Positions 61,073-64,000 of a stretch of 64,000 nt of DNA are shown piece by piece (positions within the stretch are counted from its first letter, which is position 1; each line of letters starts with the position of its first letter). Source of the DNA: Balamuthia mandrillaris. Lineage: Eukaryota. A program made the translations under genes and the position numbers. The stretch is from the NCBI GenBank assembly GCA_031835245.2, contig JAVKOQ020000073.1:1-64000 (forward strand). The letters are read 5' to 3'. The notes beneath the pieces are model-generated. The model saw nothing but the letters and a program-made list of their open reading frames with translations. It was not told the DNA's origin and did not search any database.

Positions 61073-64000
61073 TCAGCGATAGCCGGGAGATCGTTTGAAA
61101 AAGAAATTATACGGGTGAAACCGTGAATCAGCGTTGGTTTCGTCTTCCTCCTCTTCGTCCTCTTCCTCTTCAGACCCATCTTCGTCCTCCTCCTCTTCCT
61201 CGCTTTCTTCCTCTTCCGCATCATCGTCATCATCATCCTCTTCTTGGCTTGTTTGGGCAGATTGTTGGTTGAGGGATAACGTTCTGCTGCTACGACTCTT
61301 TCTTCTTCTCTTCGTCTTTCGTTTGGGGGCGCGACTACCACCACTGCTGCCACCGCTTTTCCGTTTCCGTTTTTTCTTGGCAGAACCAGTAAGGCGATGG
61401 GAGTAGCCTGACCGCTTTTTCTTGTTGCCTCTCTTGGCTATCAACTCTTCTTCCTCGTCTTCATCACTGGATGTCCACTCTCCTTCTTCCAAGAGCAAGC
61501 ATCTGGTTTTGGGACGTTCCTCATCGCCAAAGCTATCATCATCCTCGTCATCATCCTCATCCTTGCCTCGGAGACGCTCCTCCTCCTTCCTCCGAAGATA
61601 GGGGTGTATGCCCTCGCAGGCTTCGGCACTTCGTCTCTCAGCCATCTTGGCCCGCATGGCCTCCATCTCCGCCTTGTTGAATCCTCTAGCGAGGGCCAAC
61701 GCGCAATCATTGAGAGAGACCTTGTCGTTGCCTTCCATGTAGAGACGAAAGGGCGTGGAGACTATGCCGCTAGGAGGCATGCCATATCCTAGGAAATGTA
61801 ACGCCTGTCGAAGTTCTTCTTTACGGATCACGAACGCTACCAACTTCTCAACGACCGGCTCTATGAGCGAGGCAGCCTCTTCCATCGCACTGGATGCGGA
61901 AGTGGAGGAGGAGGAAGCATTATGGCTGTTGCTCCTCCAGGAGGAGAAACCCTTGCCCTTTATAAAACTAGTGATCTTCTCTGCGATTTCCGTTTTCCAA
62001 AAGTCTAGCTCATAGTGCTCCCACACGTCGTATGTGTCCTCATCGAGGGCAAACAGCTGCCATAGTTTCTTGAGGATGACCTGGTTGTTGTTGCTGCGGC
62101 CTCGCAGCTTGTCATCAATGAGCCGTTTTACCAATGCTTTCCTGCGCTCACGAGCTTCCCTCAGCGCCACTAATCGTTCCACTTCCTGTCTCACTAACAG
62201 CCGCTGCTCATCCGCTCTGCTAGGTCCCAACAGATTCCACCCGGCCATGGCTTCCCTCTTGTACAGCTTCCAGGGCTTCTGCCCTTCCTCTCCCTCCTTT
62301 TGGTCCCTGGCATTATTACGGACCCACCGCCAAGGAATGCCTTGCTTTTCCAGAACCTGGCGAATAGTCTGCAGCACCATCTTCACCATGCTCCACTTCA
62401 GTCCATCCGCCATTGCCCTTCGCACGCCCTCTTCTCCGGTCACAACGCTTGATTTTCCTTTCTGTTTGCTTTCACCACTATTTTCACCTTCTCCTCCATT
62501 TGGGGTCGCAGCAGGTCCTCTTATCTCTCCAGTGAGAACCCACTCGTAGAAGGCCAGACTCTCATCTTTGATTAAGTCCTCGAAAATGTCTTCCCCAAGA
62601 CCCACCTCCGCAAAGGCTGCTTTGATCCTCTCTGCCCGTTTCTCTATGTCTACGGTGAGGGCGTTCCGCTGCTCTAGTTTCTTTTGCAGTTCGGTTCGCT
62701 TGCGGCCCACTTCGCGGGCAAGGCCCAGCAAATCTGCTCTTGTGACTTCTTTCGTGTATTGCGTTATGTACTTCTTGACTAAGCGATGCCGGTGAACCAA
62801 TGACCAGTCGATCCCTCTGTTCAAGAAGAAAGCCATCACCCGCTGTCTTCTTTCTTTCATCACGCGATAATTTTGTAGTCTCCAAAGACTCTCCTTCAGT
62901 GCCTTTGATGTATTTGGTTTCCTCATCAACAAAGCTGCCGATGGAAGGAAGCCCTTCTTTTCCAGTTTTTTGCCAAGGTCCTACATGATGGAGTAGATAG
63001 GGTCATTACAACACCAAGAGGGGTTGGACGAGAATGCGCGCAAGGAGGCAGGATGGAAGTAGGAGAGGGAGGGAGGGAGGGAGAGAGAGGGAGAGAGGGA
63101 GAGAGAGAGAGAGAGAGAGCAGACAATACCAATTTAACATTTCCTTTCTTCTTGGCCCGTTCCATGGACTTCAGACGCTTTCTCTCCCGCAACTGCCTCA
63201 AGCCAACGGGACCGTGCTTGGAGAGCGAGTAACGCATGACCTCGCGAAGGCGCCACCACTTCTTCCCGCTTGCACGGTCCCTCTTGTAGAGGGCCTCTCG
63301 CTCCTGCGGATTGAGGCCCCAGTCCCTCGTCACCTCCCCCTCTTGGAGAGGGTAGGCCTCGGCGCCCTCCACCGGAGGAGCATTGTATCGGTAGGGAAAG
63401 CACGAGTGACAGAGGGCCAGAGTGGCATCGGCATAGCTCAACCCTGTAGAGGGAGGAGAGGGCTCCTCCACCTGGCTCTTCTTTTTCTTGCCTTTCTTCT
63501 TTCTTCCGTCGGCCAGCATGGCTGCCGTGTCGATCGTGTTGTTGCTTGTGGTGGTGGTGGCGGCGGTGGTAGAAGTGGAGGCAGTAATCGGCAGAAGAGG
63601 TGAGAAGCAAAGAGAACATTTGTGACGCTTCTTCATGGCACGAAGCACGTACTCATGCTTCCACATTAGCGGGCTGCTGCCAGCCTCTGGTCGTAACAGC
63701 AGATGATCCTCTTCACCTGTAGCCGTGCTGTTGCCACCAACACCCATTTCCTCTGAAGAGGCACCTCCTCCGCCTTCTGCTGCCATGGTGTTGCTGGAGG
63801 AAACGGAGGATCCTCCGGGTGGCTGCGCGTTAGCATCCGTGGAGGACAGCAGGAGACCCTCTTTCTTCATTTGGCCCTTCCACAGCCCAGCAGAGTCATC
63901 GATGAGGGCCTTGTAGCGCTTTGACAGGCAGCACAGCCGCCCAAGATCTGCTCCCTCCACAAAACTCAGAACGTGGGCCACCGTTTCCAAGGAGAGCTGG
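61073..64000 (-). CDS. F-box protein with XPA-C-like helical segment and acidic tail (5' end beyond the window)
   Basis: F-box LSLETVAHVLSFVEGADLGRLCCLSKRYKALIDDSAGLWK, CxxC pairs and WRLREVMRYSLSKHGPVGLRQLRERK. An intron at ~62960-63140 links it to the 619-aa ORF. Confidence 0.68.

Overview
This is gene-dense, intron-rich eukaryotic nuclear DNA with short GT-AG introns and many GA/TTC microsatellites. The gene content and style suggest a free-living amoebozoan such as Balamuthia/Acanthamoeba (inference only). Host genes include exportin-6, two DEP-domain proteins, a DnaJ-FN3-RRM-UBA-RRM protein, a large NACHT-HEAT STAND NTPase, a DUF726-like hydrolase, DTWD1, a phosphohexomutase, a class-III aminotransferase, a USP, a SAM methyltransferase, an MBD-chromodomain protein, a sirtuin and two F-box proteins. 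Two accessory regions stand out. (1) At 8.4-12.7 kb, a GC-rich, intronless, frameshifted giant-virus-like D6/D11 SF2 helicase relic sits head-to-head with a Crinkler/RHS-type NTPase+REase effector gene. (2) At 22.6-35.5 kb, an AT-rich, CpG-depleted island holds scrambled LINE fragments around a decayed ~9.4 kb candidate DNA transposon. That element carries a Sola1/DUF7869-like transposase, a divergently oriented spliced gene with SAP-like, ParB/Srx-like and beta-class DNA amino-methyltransferase-like domains, and about a dozen copies of a 16-20 bp palindrome (consensus TGCGCYGTACRGCGCA). This transposase + ParB-MTase + palindrome-array module is the best candidate for an undescribed system. 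All domain calls come from motif recognition by eye; no database searches were run, and exon boundaries are approximate unless stated.
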